From the NCBI RefSeq assembly GCF_011745625.1, contig NW_027191459.1, positions 124,001 to 188,000 of the forward strand: a stretch of 64,000 nt of DNA, given 5' to 3'. Source of the DNA: Cladosporium halotolerans (Eukaryota). Position numbers and translations under genes: made by a program. Below, piece by piece: positions 24,777 through 35,794 of the stretch (its first letter is position 1; the number at the start of each line of letters is the position of its first letter). The notes under the pieces are model-generated. The model ran no database searches, had not been told where the DNA came from, and saw nothing but the letters and a program-made list of their open reading frames with translations.

Positions 24777-27700
24777 TCACTGATGCACAAAAACCTGCCC
24801 CGACCTATCCGCACTAACCACCATCCCAAACGGCCTCTCCAACACCGCAACATCCGTGACCGTATCCAAATGCCCATCGAGCAAATGCTGCGCGGAAGCC
24901 CTGATAGCCTCATACCTCGACTTGGACGGCGGTGCGCGCTTCGCAGACCCATTAGGCGCGATCTTATTCGACTCGACTGACCCATCCGCATTCGACTCCG
25001 GTAATTTCTCGCTGAGAACCTTCGTATCGAGCCCCAAGGCGCTGAAAGTGTACGTGGGCTTCTCGTCGGACGAGCCGCCACTGACGAGCCGGCAGCCGTC
25101 GAGGCGCTCGCAATCCCAGAAGCGAACTTTGCCGTCTGGGTCGCCGGTGACGGCGAAGGCGTGCTGCGTCTCGGAGTCGTTGGAGCCTTGCTGCTGGCCG
25201 AAGCACATCGAGGTGGCGACCGCAGGAGCCGCGGCGGCCGAGTCGGAGAGGTTGGGGTCGGTGCGGATGGCACCGGCGATTCTGCTCAATTGGCCTTCGT
25301 ACTTGTCGTCGTCGAGGTTACGGAGTTCGTAGTCGCGGAGGTGGAGTCGGTCTCTGCGACCAGGAACGGCAGGCCGGTAGATCTCGTGGCAGATGACTTT
25401 CTCGATATCCCACACCGTCACTTCGCCCCGATTTGTACCGCCAGATATGCAGACTCTGTTCCTCCGAGCGGTCTTGCGGCTCGGATGCAGTTGGAGTCGA
25501 GTGATCGGCGCCGCGCTTGGGAACGTCCACGACCTAAGTTTCAGCTTGAAGCGAAGATCCCAGAGATCCAGTACGCCATGGGAGGTGCCGGTGAGGAGCC
25601 AGTCATGACGGCGTCCGATGCAGAAACACTTCAGAGCGCCGTGTTGCGGCGGGGTGTGGAATTCAAAGATCGGCGACATGGTGCGCATTTCGATGGCAAG
25701 GATGCGGTTGAGACTAGTGGCGAGTACGAGCGTGCTGACAGACTCGCCTCGGTAATGCTCTGCCCAGACTGCGTGTTCACCCTTAGGAGCAGCCGTTGGA
25801 ATATGCCACTCGCGCAAGCAGCGCAGCTTCCCATATCTAGTGGAATTACCAGTGTCTGATATGTCGACCTTCACTGCGTGAACGCTTCCATCGGAGCCAG
25901 TGCAGATGAACGCGTGTGTTGATTCGATGAAGCAGATGCTCGTGACCTTCGCATTCGCTGCCAACCTGTACGTGTTACGCGATTTGTGGCTCACGTTACG
26001 TTCCAGACGTTCGGTATCCCACACCTTGACCGTGCCATCATCAGAGGCGGTGAGAAAGAAGTTGTGGTCCGGTGACACCACGATGCGGGACACCCTGTCT
26101 GTGTGCTCATTCAACATGGCCATGAGCCTCCCTTGAGGCCGCCAAGGAGTTGGTGATGCTGGACTGCTGCTGCTTGGTATAGGGCCGCCGCGCTTGGGAA
26201 GTTGAATAAGCGGCCCGAACTCTGCAACATCAACGGGAAAGTTGTCGACATAAAGTGCATCAAGCAGCTTCAAGACAGTCGGATCGTTGCCGTCATAATT
26301 GTGGAAAGACTTGCTACTAGTCGTGCGTTCAATACCCATGCGCTGTGGATTGGCTGGCGCTGAAGTAGGTGACGGACGTCTGCTGGGACTTCTGATGGGC
26401 GCTTGTAATCTACCAGCGGCGGTCGCACCATCAGTAGACACTTCAGGTGCTGCTTTATTACGCGACGCCGACCCAGCAAGCAGCCCGGCACCGCTGCCTC
26501 GTTGACGTGAGCCACGGTCATCCTTGCCCAGCAGACCAACACCTGAGCTTGGAGATGACGAGAGACTCCCTGACGTTTGCTTCTTCAGAGATGAGATCTT
26601 GATAGGCTGCATGCCGAGGAAGTCCGGGCTGACGTCTTCGCGCGTCGCTGCCTTAAGCGCGTCGCTGTCGACCTGTGCGGCTTGAGGACCACCTTTCTTG
26701 ACGGCCGTCGCCGCCTCTTGTAAGGCGTCGGCGATAGATCGTTCGTGGTCTTGACCCTGGACATGCTGCTCGTAAGTGTCGACGTCGTTCTCGAACAATA
26801 CCGTATGCGGCCTAATTTTGTGCCGTGCCAGTGACACGACATCATCGTACATAGTCTCGGTCTCGGCAGCGTCGCTTTTGCGCCTCCTGTGTGCAGCTTT
26901 CCACAGGTATTCTCGGAAGGCGAGGATCTTCATCTCATCCTCGGCGTGCATGCCGGCGTTTCGCAAACGACCCAGCCATTGCTCGTCCTCATCGACCTTC
27001 GGCATCTTGCTGAGGGTTTTCGGGCCAAAGTCTGCCACCGAAGACTGCGGAGGCATATGAGTAGTCGTCCGCCCAGACAATTGGCGAGACTCCTTCGCCG
27101 GTCTCCAGAAAACACCTTTGTCCGCGCGGTTGGCCCATTGAAGCGCCATTTCGAGGACTGCGCGCGGTAGTGGCTTTTTCAGGGCATCCAAAAGCTCAGC
27201 CTCATTCACATTGGCTACCGGCGTCTTGAGGTACGGGGCGACCAAAGGCGTCACGAGAATCCTGACATCGGCTACGGACAAGAAAGTCGTGGCTGCCGAG
27301 ATGAAGTGCGCTGCTGCTTCGCGTATCCAGAGATTGGGGTGCATGCAGAATCTCGCGATGGTGTCGATCAGTTCCCACGTCTTAGCTCTTTGGAGCAACC
27401 CAAGCTCAGCCATGCTGGAAAGTGAGCGCAACACTTGTTCGACTACTGCCTCTTGTGGATCCGAAAGTGCTTGAAGCATGAGTGGTAAGATGAACTCCTC
27501 AAGGCTTGCACCTCCGATGTAGACGGCGACGCCGACGATCGTCTTGAAGAAAGCACACTTCAAAAGCCAGTCGGGGTCATTGAGATATGTATTCAGGTGA
27601 CTCAATATCACGTCGCTTGCTTTCGACTCCCCGAAGAAGACGCAGAGGCTTGTCACAGATGATAAGAAAGCTCGCCTGACTGAGTTGTCTGGGTCAACTA

Positions 27701-29414
27701 AGAAGATCTTCGTCTGGCCCTCGAACTGCTCAACAAGCTCAAGTCTTGTAGCATCGTAGGCGTCAAGTGCAAAGAGTCCCGCATCGTCATTCTCAGCACC
27801 TGCATCTGCCGACGGAAGAGATCCGTCTGCTCTGAGTGCCTGAATCATGTCTAGGAACCGAGCGGCCGTCTCCGAGAGGCTGACCAAGCATGCCGCGTAA
27901 GTCGCTCGCACGATGTTGTTGTTCTTGAAGCTTGCGCTCTTAGTGAAAGTGAGCAGGCGAGGGAAAATGTATTGAGTGAAGAGCACTGAATTCACAGGTG
28001 ACGCAACCGTGACCAAAGCCAGTAGCTGTGTCATGGTCCTTAGCGCCGCTACCAGCACCATCTCGTTCGTATCCTCCAGTAGCGGCATAATGTAAGGCAG
28101 AACGCGGTCAAGCTTTGCCTCATCCGGAAGATGTTCAGCGAAGGCAAGGAGAAGCTCACAGGCTCGAACTCTGGAGGCAGCTCTAGCCGTGCTACGAAGC
28201 GAGGCTGTCACCACGTTCAGTAGGATGAAAGTGCCGTTATCCCCATCCGAAGGCGGGGCTGATGTGGCCTCGTGCCTCGCGTTGGGCAAGTCGACTTGCA
28301 GCGGAAACAGTGACTGCGCGCGAGCGGCCTGGAATTTGTGGCCGTTTTGCTGCGCTGGTAGCGCATTATAGCCAAGTGACACCGATAGCATTTCGTAATC
28401 ATGGTAGATGCGATCGATACGGTCGTCCGCCTCGCCGTTGTTGCTGTCGTTCGCAGTCGGTGCCTTTCTTCCTGAGCTTGGGTCCGTGATCTCCTGAGTG
28501 AGAGTGTGAAAGTGCTGATAAAAGTACAGAGGAAAGGCTTTTCCTTTGTACTCGTCGAGGTAATCTTGCGCGTGCCATCGCTCTTCTGGATCCAGTCTGA
28601 TCATGCTGCTGATCAAGGACCGAACGTGGCTATCGTCAATCTTACTAAGAAGCGCTATAGCCGGGTCGTACTCTCCTTTTCGATACTTGAACAGCTGGCT
28701 CAGGTTGAATGTCGGCGTCTCTGTGAATAATTCGGCAAGAACACAGCCCAAGCTGAAAATGTCCATGTTCCATTGCACAGTATCATTGCCCTTGGATGAC
28801 TGAGTAGAAGCGACAAACCGCTCTGGTGCGAGATAGCAGGTTCGCCTTGAAGTTGTGTCGAAGTAGAAAGTGAAGTCGGCAGGGTTGTCTTCGGGGAGGT
28901 GGACCGGCTTGAAGACCGAGGAGAAGTCAGTCAAATAGACCCATCCCCAGGACGTGACCAACACGTTCTCCGTCTTGATGTCGCCGTGGAAGATACCACG
29001 AGAGTGGCAGTCGCGCACGGCACAAAGTAGCTGAAAAGCGATCCATTTCTTTTCGATTCCCTCCAGAAATGGGCGAATGCTCATGCGGTCGTAGAGTGAG
29101 CTGTGAATGTACTGTCGGACAAGAATACCAAAGTTGTTCGTCTCCAGCACTCGAGAGTAGACCAATACATTAGGCACGCCCTCTAGATTGCGTCGTTCCT
29201 TGCGCAGAGCAGTGGCGTACTTGCTGAAGGAGACCTTGGCACTTGACTTCATGCATACTTTGGCCACCACGATGCCGCTTTTGTGCTGGGCTCGCACCGT
29301 CCGCAGGAATCGTGGCCCTCCCAGAGCTTTCTCAAATGTGAGATCGGCAAGTTCGGGTGTCTCGATGGCACTTGGCCCAGCGGGCAATGTGGTGAGAGAG
29401 TAGCCTTGACCCAT
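24777..29414 (-). CDS. VPS15: PI3K regulatory subunit Vps15 (kinase, HEAT and WD40 domains)
   Basis: MGQGYS myristoylation start, HGDIKTEN, FDTTSRRTCYLAPERF, KLDRVLPY, LSHLNTYLND and C-terminal WD repeats; 1545-aa ORF. Confidence 0.97.
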   Translation of the reverse strand: MGQGYSLTTLPAGPSAIETPELADLTFEKALGGPRFLRTVRAQHKSGIVVAKVCMKSSAKVSFSKYATALRKERRNLEGVPNVLVYSRVLETNNFGILVRQYIHSSLYDRMSIRPFLEGIEKKWIAFQLLCAVRDCHSRGIFHGDIKTENVLVTSWGWVYLTDFSSVFKPVHLPEDNPADFTFYFDTTSRRTCYLAPERFVASTQSSKGNDTVQWNMDIFSLGCVLAELFTETPTFNLSQLFKYRKGEYDPAIALLSKIDDSHVRSLISSMIRLDPEERWHAQDYLDEYKGKAFPLYFYQHFHTLTQEITDPSSGRKAPTANDSNNGEADDRIDRIYHDYEMLSVSLGYNALPAQQNGHKFQAARAQSLFPLQVDLPNARHEATSAPPSDGDNGTFILLNVVTASLRSTARAASRVRACELLLAFAEHLPDEAKLDRVLPYIMPLLEDTNEMVLVAALRTMTQLLALVTVASPVNSVLFTQYIFPRLLTFTKSASFKNNNIVRATYAACLVSLSETAARFLDMIQALRADGSLPSADAGAENDDAGLFALDAYDATRLELVEQFEGQTKIFLVDPDNSVRRAFLSSVTSLCVFFGESKASDVILSHLNTYLNDPDWLLKCAFFKTIVGVAVYIGGASLEEFILPLMLQALSDPQEAVVEQVLRSLSSMAELGLLQRAKTWELIDTIARFCMHPNLWIREAAAHFISAATTFLSVADVRILVTPLVAPYLKTPVANVNEAELLDALKKPLPRAVLEMALQWANRADKGVFWRPAKESRQLSGRTTTHMPPQSSVADFGPKTLSKMPKVDEDEQWLGRLRNAGMHAEDEMKILAFREYLWKAAHRRRKSDAAETETMYDDVVSLARHKIRPHTVLFENDVDTYEQHVQGQDHERSIADALQEAATAVKKGGPQAAQVDSDALKAATREDVSPDFLGMQPIKISSLKKQTSGSLSSSPSSGVGLLGKDDRGSRQRGSGAGLLAGSASRNKAAPEVSTDGATAAGRLQAPIRSPSRRPSPTSAPANPQRMGIERTTSSKSFHNYDGNDPTVLKLLDALYVDNFPVDVAEFGPLIQLPKRGGPIPSSSSPASPTPWRPQGRLMAMLNEHTDRVSRIVVSPDHNFFLTASDDGTVKVWDTERLERNVSHKSRNTYRLAANAKVTSICFIESTHAFICTGSDGSVHAVKVDISDTGNSTRYGKLRCLREWHIPTAAPKGEHAVWAEHYRGESVSTLVLATSLNRILAIEMRTMSPIFEFHTPPQHGALKCFCIGRRHDWLLTGTSHGVLDLWDLRFKLKLRSWTFPSAAPITRLQLHPSRKTARRNRVCISGGTNRGEVTVWDIEKVICHEIYRPAVPGRRDRLHLRDYELRNLDDDKYEGQLSRIAGAIRTDPNLSDSAAAAPAVATSMCFGQQQGSNDSETQHAFAVTGDPDGKVRFWDCERLDGCRLVSGGSSDEKPTYTFSALGLDTKVLSEKLPESNADGSVESNKIAPNGSAKRAPPSKSRYEAIRASAQHLLDGHLDTVTDVAVLERPFGMVVSADRSGQVFVHQ

Positions 29415-29935
29415 CTTGAGTGGCTGTCAGCGGGTGACACGCAACGGCGCGACAGCCTCAGGCGCCAGGGAAGTAGAATGTTGAGAACCGCATTTGCGTG
29501 GCAAGCCAAAGGACGGAAATGCAAATAGTACGGTGGTGCAGAATGCAGGCGAATCGATGGCGTCTGGGGATCACGTTTGATATGTTTGTCACGAGGTCCC
29601 TTGGCGATGGAGCAGTTGCGCTGCGCAGGCACGCGCGAGGTGCAGTCAGCCAGCCGAACGCCACACTGATCTTCTTCAGCCACAGCGCAACGCCCCACTA
29701 GCGTGCCCTCACAGCTGGCTTGCATAAGGTATTGCTGTGATTCACACCATCCACTTCAACAATAACAATATGTCAGAGCAAAGACAACTGAAGCGTTTCG
29801 TGCGTTTGAATCGAAATTCCATTTGGTATCTAAAAGGTAATAACCCAATGCCTCATACGCAAGAGTAACTCGTAACAATCATGCAGGCGCTGTGCTTTTT
29901 TTGGTTTCTTATGGTCGTCAAGGTATCAAAAAAAT

Positions 29936-30420
29936 CTAGTTGGGGCCGAAGTTGCCCTTCTTCTTCATGATCTGCTCCTCTTCCTCCTTCAGCTCCTGGT
30001 CGACCTTGGCGCCCTTGCTGGGCTCGTTGCCGTGGTTCTTGGCCTGAAAAAGTTATTAGCGACTGGCGGGGCGCGAATATTAAGACTTGTCAGCACATAC
30101 AGGAAGGGTGGAGTCCTTCTTGCTCTCGGTGACCTCAGGGGCCTCGGGTGAGGGCTCCTTCTGGCGCTTCTCCTCACGCTCGAGCTGGTTGGCGATGCTG
30201 CGCTCATCCTCTGTACTATGTGTTAGTCAATGGCTTCTCGAGTTGGTTGTGTTCGGCGCAATTGCCACGTACTGGAGTCGTTGGCCTTGTGAGAGTTCTC
30301 CTTGCCCTCGTGGAAGCGGTTGGCCTCGGCCTGGGCGTTCAGGACGGAGTTCTTCTCGTTGCGCTGGTCACCAGCCTCATAGGTGCCGCTGGCGCCGACG
30401 TTGGACATTCCGGAAGACAT
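29936..30420 (-). CDS. Small hydrophilic conserved fungal protein (stress/conidiation hydrophilin-like), 2 introns
   Basis: MSSGMSNVG..YEAGDQRN..NRFHEGKENSHKANDS|KDERSIAN..KKDSTLP|AKNHGNEPSKGAKVDQELKEEE..*; canonical splice sites. Confidence 0.8.
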
Positions 30421-31030
30421 ATTGTAGGTAGCGTGAGTGTTGTAAAGGTAAAATTGGTATGTTTTGTTGATCTGGTGAGTATTGAGAGCTGATTGATGTG
30501 ATGAATGGAGGGGAAGAGAAAGAGGCACAAGATCATGCGCCGCAAATCGTTTTGATAGTGCGGGACACTGTTTGTGATGTCATCGTCGATGGTGGAGTTC
30601 CGTCCGATGATCGAAGTCGCATGGGCGACGCCGCGGTTGACCCGCCTTGCAGTGACCAACAATGACGCGCATTTCGCCCAATGCGAAAGTTGAAATGTCG
30701 CGACAAACCCACCTTCTCTGCTCAACGAATGTATGCGGCTTTCTAGAATCCTCCATGTCACAGATGAACACCCACTTCGATGTCATGCAGGATGCAGCAA
30801 ATTAATCTTCTGCAACAATGGATCAAGACCTAACACAAGCGGATCTGTTCTGCGCAATGGTGTGAAAGCTCGTGTGAACCTAAGGATAGGCCCGGAGATT
30901 TACGTGAACTGCTGGGGTTTCCAACTGTAGCTTTGACGACATGAAAAAAATCAATCATTTGAGCACACTTGCAAGAAATTCCTTACTTCGACATTGCTCT
31001 CGGTTCTGCCCACGCGGTATACCTGCGCAT

Positions 31031-33601
31031 TCAAGTCCAAGCCCTGACACCTTTGACTCGCAGCACACCGGCCTTCAAGGACAAGGCATTCCTTCTAGTC
31101 CACATCTGGTCGGAGAACCAAATCTTACAGATAGCCACATAAGACGCCGCAACAAGGTAGCTGAATTCGAACTCTTCGTCTGCAGTCCAGATCGCAGCGT
31201 ATTGCATGGTGTATATGCCACCTGCCATGACGCACATCCAAGTGACCCCGCGATACCGCTGACTGCGGCACCACGCGGGGACGAAATGCCGAAGGCATGT
31301 CAGAGTATACACGGCGTACGACAGGTATACGAGGGGCTCGTTCCACCTAAAGCATGGCACAAAGAAGAAACTATTAGATAGGGTTAGTCTCGCGTGATCA
31401 GTGCGCGAGAGAGGTGTACTCACGAAAACCAGGCAAGGTATACGGCCCACTGAAGTAGTCTCCTGTGTTTTTGATAGAACCGAGTGGCCCATCGTACGCA
31501 CTTCCCGCTGACGAGAGGGATGATGATGGAACCGACTGTAAGAACAATCGCCGTTATCAAGAAGGTTTTCAGCCCCCAGGATCGCGCTGTACCATTCGTT
31601 TCGGTGAAAATATTGGATTGAGTGTTTGCCTGAGTCTGGTTTCCGGCGCTTGTCTGGTTTCGTGTTTCGTTGAAGACAGCGCCGGAGGAAGATTCGAAAG
31701 ACACGGAATAACCGGTTGTATTCGTCCAGAACTTATTCGTAGAATCTGGTAAGATGTTCATGCCGAAAAACGACTAGCTTGTTTAGCAAAAACATTGAAC
31801 GGCATGGGTGGGACAAAAACCAAACGTACCGAAGCGAAAGACAAGCGCACATAGATGGCAACCAAGAAGCCCAGCACCGTATTCCAGAAGCTCCGTGACA
31901 ACTCTATCTGCTCCTTGATGGCCTCCTTCGTGTCAGTGATGCGGTCGGCGCATCTGCGAAGTTCCGATTCCAGCAATGGCAGCTGCCCTATGGTCTGAAA
32001 AAGCTCGTTCTGTACCGGGTAAATGCTAGCATTGATTTCGCAGAGCGGACGTTGCAACATCCTCGAGTAACTGTAAAGCAACTTGTGGGCACGGGAACAT
32101 TCCTCGGCAACAACATACATGGTCTCTTGGAAATGCAAGAGATATCGAATTTTCCATCCTGACGGGCTCTCTCGACCCTTGATCTCCTGAAGGCCGTATC
32201 AGTGTCTCCAAGGTGGCCTATGATTTTGCGGCGTATTAGCTTACCATTTCTGTCAAAGTAACGACGCATGTGTTGAGGAAGACATGTAAGTCGTCGTAGA
32301 TACAATCCGCGATTGGCAGCAAAAGGGCGTACAGATGAGAAGCGCAGTTGAGTGACAGTGATCGGCGGGCTGTGAACGCCCGCGACAAGCCGTTCAAGAG
32401 GCCCTCAGAACTAGCCAGCCAAAGGGTAAGGCGTCTGGAATCGGAGCGGCTTTCCAAACATAGGACTTCAAGTGATTCCAGCCTTGGTCGCCTGTTAAAA
32501 GGTTGTTGAATGTACACCTCAAAATCCCCTTTATACTCCGGCGCGTACCGACGCCATCCTAGGCTGATGTTGATAAGAGCATCGAAAGCAGGCAATGGGT
32601 TTTCATGTGATTCGTCTGAATGTTCAATCTGAATACGCAACCTCATCCGCTCAGCGAGCGCAGTCGCCGGCGTAGGAGGGCGGAGGAATGGCTGTTCCAG
32701 AAGCTTTGTAACGCTTGCCATTTCCACCTGTGTTAGTTGCCAGCAATCTTGCGCAAGACAAAAAAGTAGCTGATGTGGGAGATCGTCACGGGAGGGTGCT
32801 GTGGCAGCGCAGATATAGAGACCATCAGATGTTGTTTGCATCAGCCAGTCCTGAGCGTCAGCCAAGCAAGCATGTAAACTGTCGTGAGATTTGAACACCA
32901 GCCTATCTTCTTTTGGCGATCTGAGCAAAGTCAAGCGAGATAGAATTTTACCCTGCGGTTTTGATCCAGCCATGCGGTAGCGGTCAATCAAAGGCTTCCA
33001 CTCAGGACTTTTCGGATGCTCCTGTAGTGTTTGCAGAACAGGATCGATTTGTTGTGGCCTTGTCTATTTTTCTTAGCACAAAGGAGCGGTTAAGGACATC
33101 CATACGTACCGACAATACGGCACGAATACGCAGAAAAAAATCCCTCCAAGAGTCCTCGTCATGCTGATCCGGACGGCCACCAGTTTCCAACGCGGGCGCT
33201 CTATTAAATGACCAGTACTTCATCGCCGCTGAAGGTCTTCTGAGGGTTGAAAAGGTTTGGGCCTTGTATGAGCTGAAGCGCGCGGATGGGCATTACTATA
33301 AGCGCATTACTCCTACGGTACCACTGTGCAGCTCGGTCGAGAAGTTCGCACAGGGTGCGCGCCACTGCGAGGCTGAATTCATGGCTTGAGCAATGAGGAT
33401 TGTGGTAGATCAGGTACTTGTGTGACTTCCTGGAGGCAAACAGAGAGGCGAATCCACCCAGGCCTGTTCCGTCAAGCGAATGCAAGCCTTCAATAAGCTG
33501 AATGCATGCCGAGCTGGCGGAAGCGAGAGATCAACTCGTGCGAATCTACATGGTCAGCCTCGCCAACTTGAGACCAGCGCAAGCAGGATGTTCCAGCTTA
33601 C
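31031..33601 (-). pseudogene. CorA-like membrane protein locus; 3' exons intact, 5' region fragmented (possible pseudogene)
   Basis: Spliced C-terminus ..FLVAIYVRLSFAS|SFFGMN.. followed by hydrophobic helices. Upstream of ~32991 the ORFs change frame with stops and no clear splice sites. Confidence 0.45.
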
Positions 33602-34250
33602 CGACGACGCCAGCAAATTAGAAGATCTGTGGATAGTGGGCAGACAACGAAAAGTCGCTGTACATCTTGTGCGTTTGAAGACAAGTCTTAGCTCTCCAGA
33701 TGATGAAGTTGCTGGGTGTCGGCTTTCGTCACAGCCTCGTTGATCAGGCTGAAAAGCTCCCGATGCACGCGCACGTTAGTTACCAACCTCGATGCACCGA
33801 GGACAGCTTTATATAGAAGAGAAAGACACTAGATGTGTGATCTCGCCTATGGCGCCTGTGCTAATGGTCACTCTCATCCGGCTGACTCGGAATCAGTAAA
33901 AGGTTACGGGTGTCGACTGCTTCTGATTAGCCTACTCTCAGACGGCTATATGTCGATTCGTTCCTCGTGGTTGGTTTTAGATCAGGCTGCATGAGACAGT
34001 GTAGCTTTGTTGACCCTTCGCCTCGACGCCAAGCATCAAAGACTGAGGAAGAAATGGGCGATCCCACAACGCGATCAAGACCTCACCCCTTCCCCTTGCA
34101 CTCATCAGAAGGAGAAACCAAATCTCGATGTGGGATCTAGATCATGAATCGTCCTTCATATTCGGAGTACATGGCTGATATCAGACTCCGATCATCGAGT
34201 TCTAAACGTACATCATGAGCAGCAAACCAAGCCCCGTCCAGATATCCACC

Positions 34251-35261
34251 TCAATGCGCTCCCTTCTCCAAATAAGCCTTCGCCAAACTGCCCAATAACG
34301 GACCCGCGACGGGCTTCACCTGCTCCCAGCCCTTCTGGCCCTTCTCCATGATCTCCTTCGGCTTCAGGCGGGGCTTGCTCTCCTTCTCTCGCCTCGAACC
34401 CCTCCGTCGATCATCGTAATCGTCGTAGTCGTCGTAGTGCCTTGATCTCGGCTTCTCTCTTTCTCTGTCGCGATCGCGCTCCCGCTCCCTTTCTTTGCGC
34501 CTCTCGCGCTCTCGCCGCGTCTCGCGCCCGTCTGTGCGGTAGCCTCGCGAGGAGTCGCGCGGGTGCCGTTTGGAGTGGTAGTCGGATTTGTAGCCGCGGT
34601 CGCGGTCTCGCTCTCGGTCGCGGGAAGAGTCCCGGTGGGAGCGTCGGGGCTTTGGTGGTAGGGCGGCGGCGCCGTCCGAGTCGTCGTCGGCAGATGGGTC
34701 GGCGTAGCGAGAGTGGCGGTGTCGGCGCTCTCGTTCTCGCTCACGGTCGCGGTCACGGTCGCGGTCTCGGTTTCGCGGGTCGCTGCGGCTGGGATCGCGG
34801 TGTCGGCGGGGTGGGGGATCGTCGTAGGGATCTGGAGGGGCGCGGGATTTGCGGCGAGGGGGCGGGGGCTCGTCGTAGGGGTCGCGAGACTTGTGCGAGC
34901 GGCGGGGGCGGTCTTCGTCTGGGTCGCGCGAGCTCCTGTGTCGAGACGAAGTAGGAGGAGGAGGGGAGTCGGCACCGCCGCGAAGGCGTTCGGTCGAGTG
35001 TTCGCCTATGGGTGGGGGTGGAACGCGGTCTCGGTCTCGGTCCTTGTCGCGGCTGCTTTTGCTGGGTTGTTCAGGGCTCTTGACGGCGGGGGCGGAACGG
35101 TGGTGGCTGCGGCGGGGAGGAGGTGCGTCGCCATCATCGCTGTCGTCGGCTTCGTAGCGGTCTCGTCGGGGCCGGTATTTCTCTCGCGGGGGCGGGGCGG
35201 AGTGTCTGGCACGGGAGCCCCTCGATCGAGGGTGGTCGTAGGGGTCGTCGAACGTAGACAT
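34251..35261 (-). CDS. Hypothetical Arg/Asp/Glu/Pro-rich low-complexity protein
   Basis: 336-aa ATG ORF with (RD)n/(RE)n tracts, repeated DPYDD/EPPP motifs and a helical C-terminus. Confidence 0.75.
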   Translation of the reverse strand: MSTFDDPYDHPRSRGSRARHSAPPPREKYRPRRDRYEADDSDDGDAPPPRRSHHRSAPAVKSPEQPSKSSRDKDRDRDRVPPPPIGEHSTERLRGGADSPPPPTSSRHRSSRDPDEDRPRRSHKSRDPYDEPPPPRRKSRAPPDPYDDPPPRRHRDPSRSDPRNRDRDRDRDRERERERRHRHSRYADPSADDDSDGAAALPPKPRRSHRDSSRDRERDRDRGYKSDYHSKRHPRDSSRGYRTDGRETRRERERRKERERERDRDREREKPRSRHYDDYDDYDDRRRGSRREKESKPRLKPKEIMEKGQKGWEQVKPVAGPLLGSLAKAYLEKGAH

Positions 35262-35794
35262 GGCTGTTCTGGTTGCTCTGCTACAGCAGGTGAAAGTGGC
35301 AGGGCATCAGAGCGCAGACAGACTCGTGAAACCGGAGGAAAGGAGGGAGAGCGGTGTGAGAGGCAGATGTATGTAGTCACCGCGAGGGCCTCGCCTGCCA
35401 GCCACGCATCATATCTTTAGCCGTTTCCGTTGCACTTGAGCTCGGGCCTCGTCTTCTACCCCAGTGTTAGATCGACGCTAAAGCTCCTGCGAGCCGACGT
35501 CATGGGCCCGACGGCGCTCATGTGAGCCCACCCGCCCTCAGCGGCCGCCAATGGTGCAAACTCGAACAGCGAGACCATGGTGCGGCTACGCTGCCACGTC
35601 ACGGGCCTGGCCGGAGAGACGCGGTGCAGCCGCTACGTAACCACCGGGCGAGACATTCTGCACCAACCGGCTGGGACGACGACGTTCGTCTGACAGGCAG
35701 ATCGCAGGACTAAGTGCATGGCGGGTGTGATATAGAAAAAGAGAGGGGTTGCCGAAGCCAAATTGTTAATGCGTCCCTGACCGACCCGCAGCTC

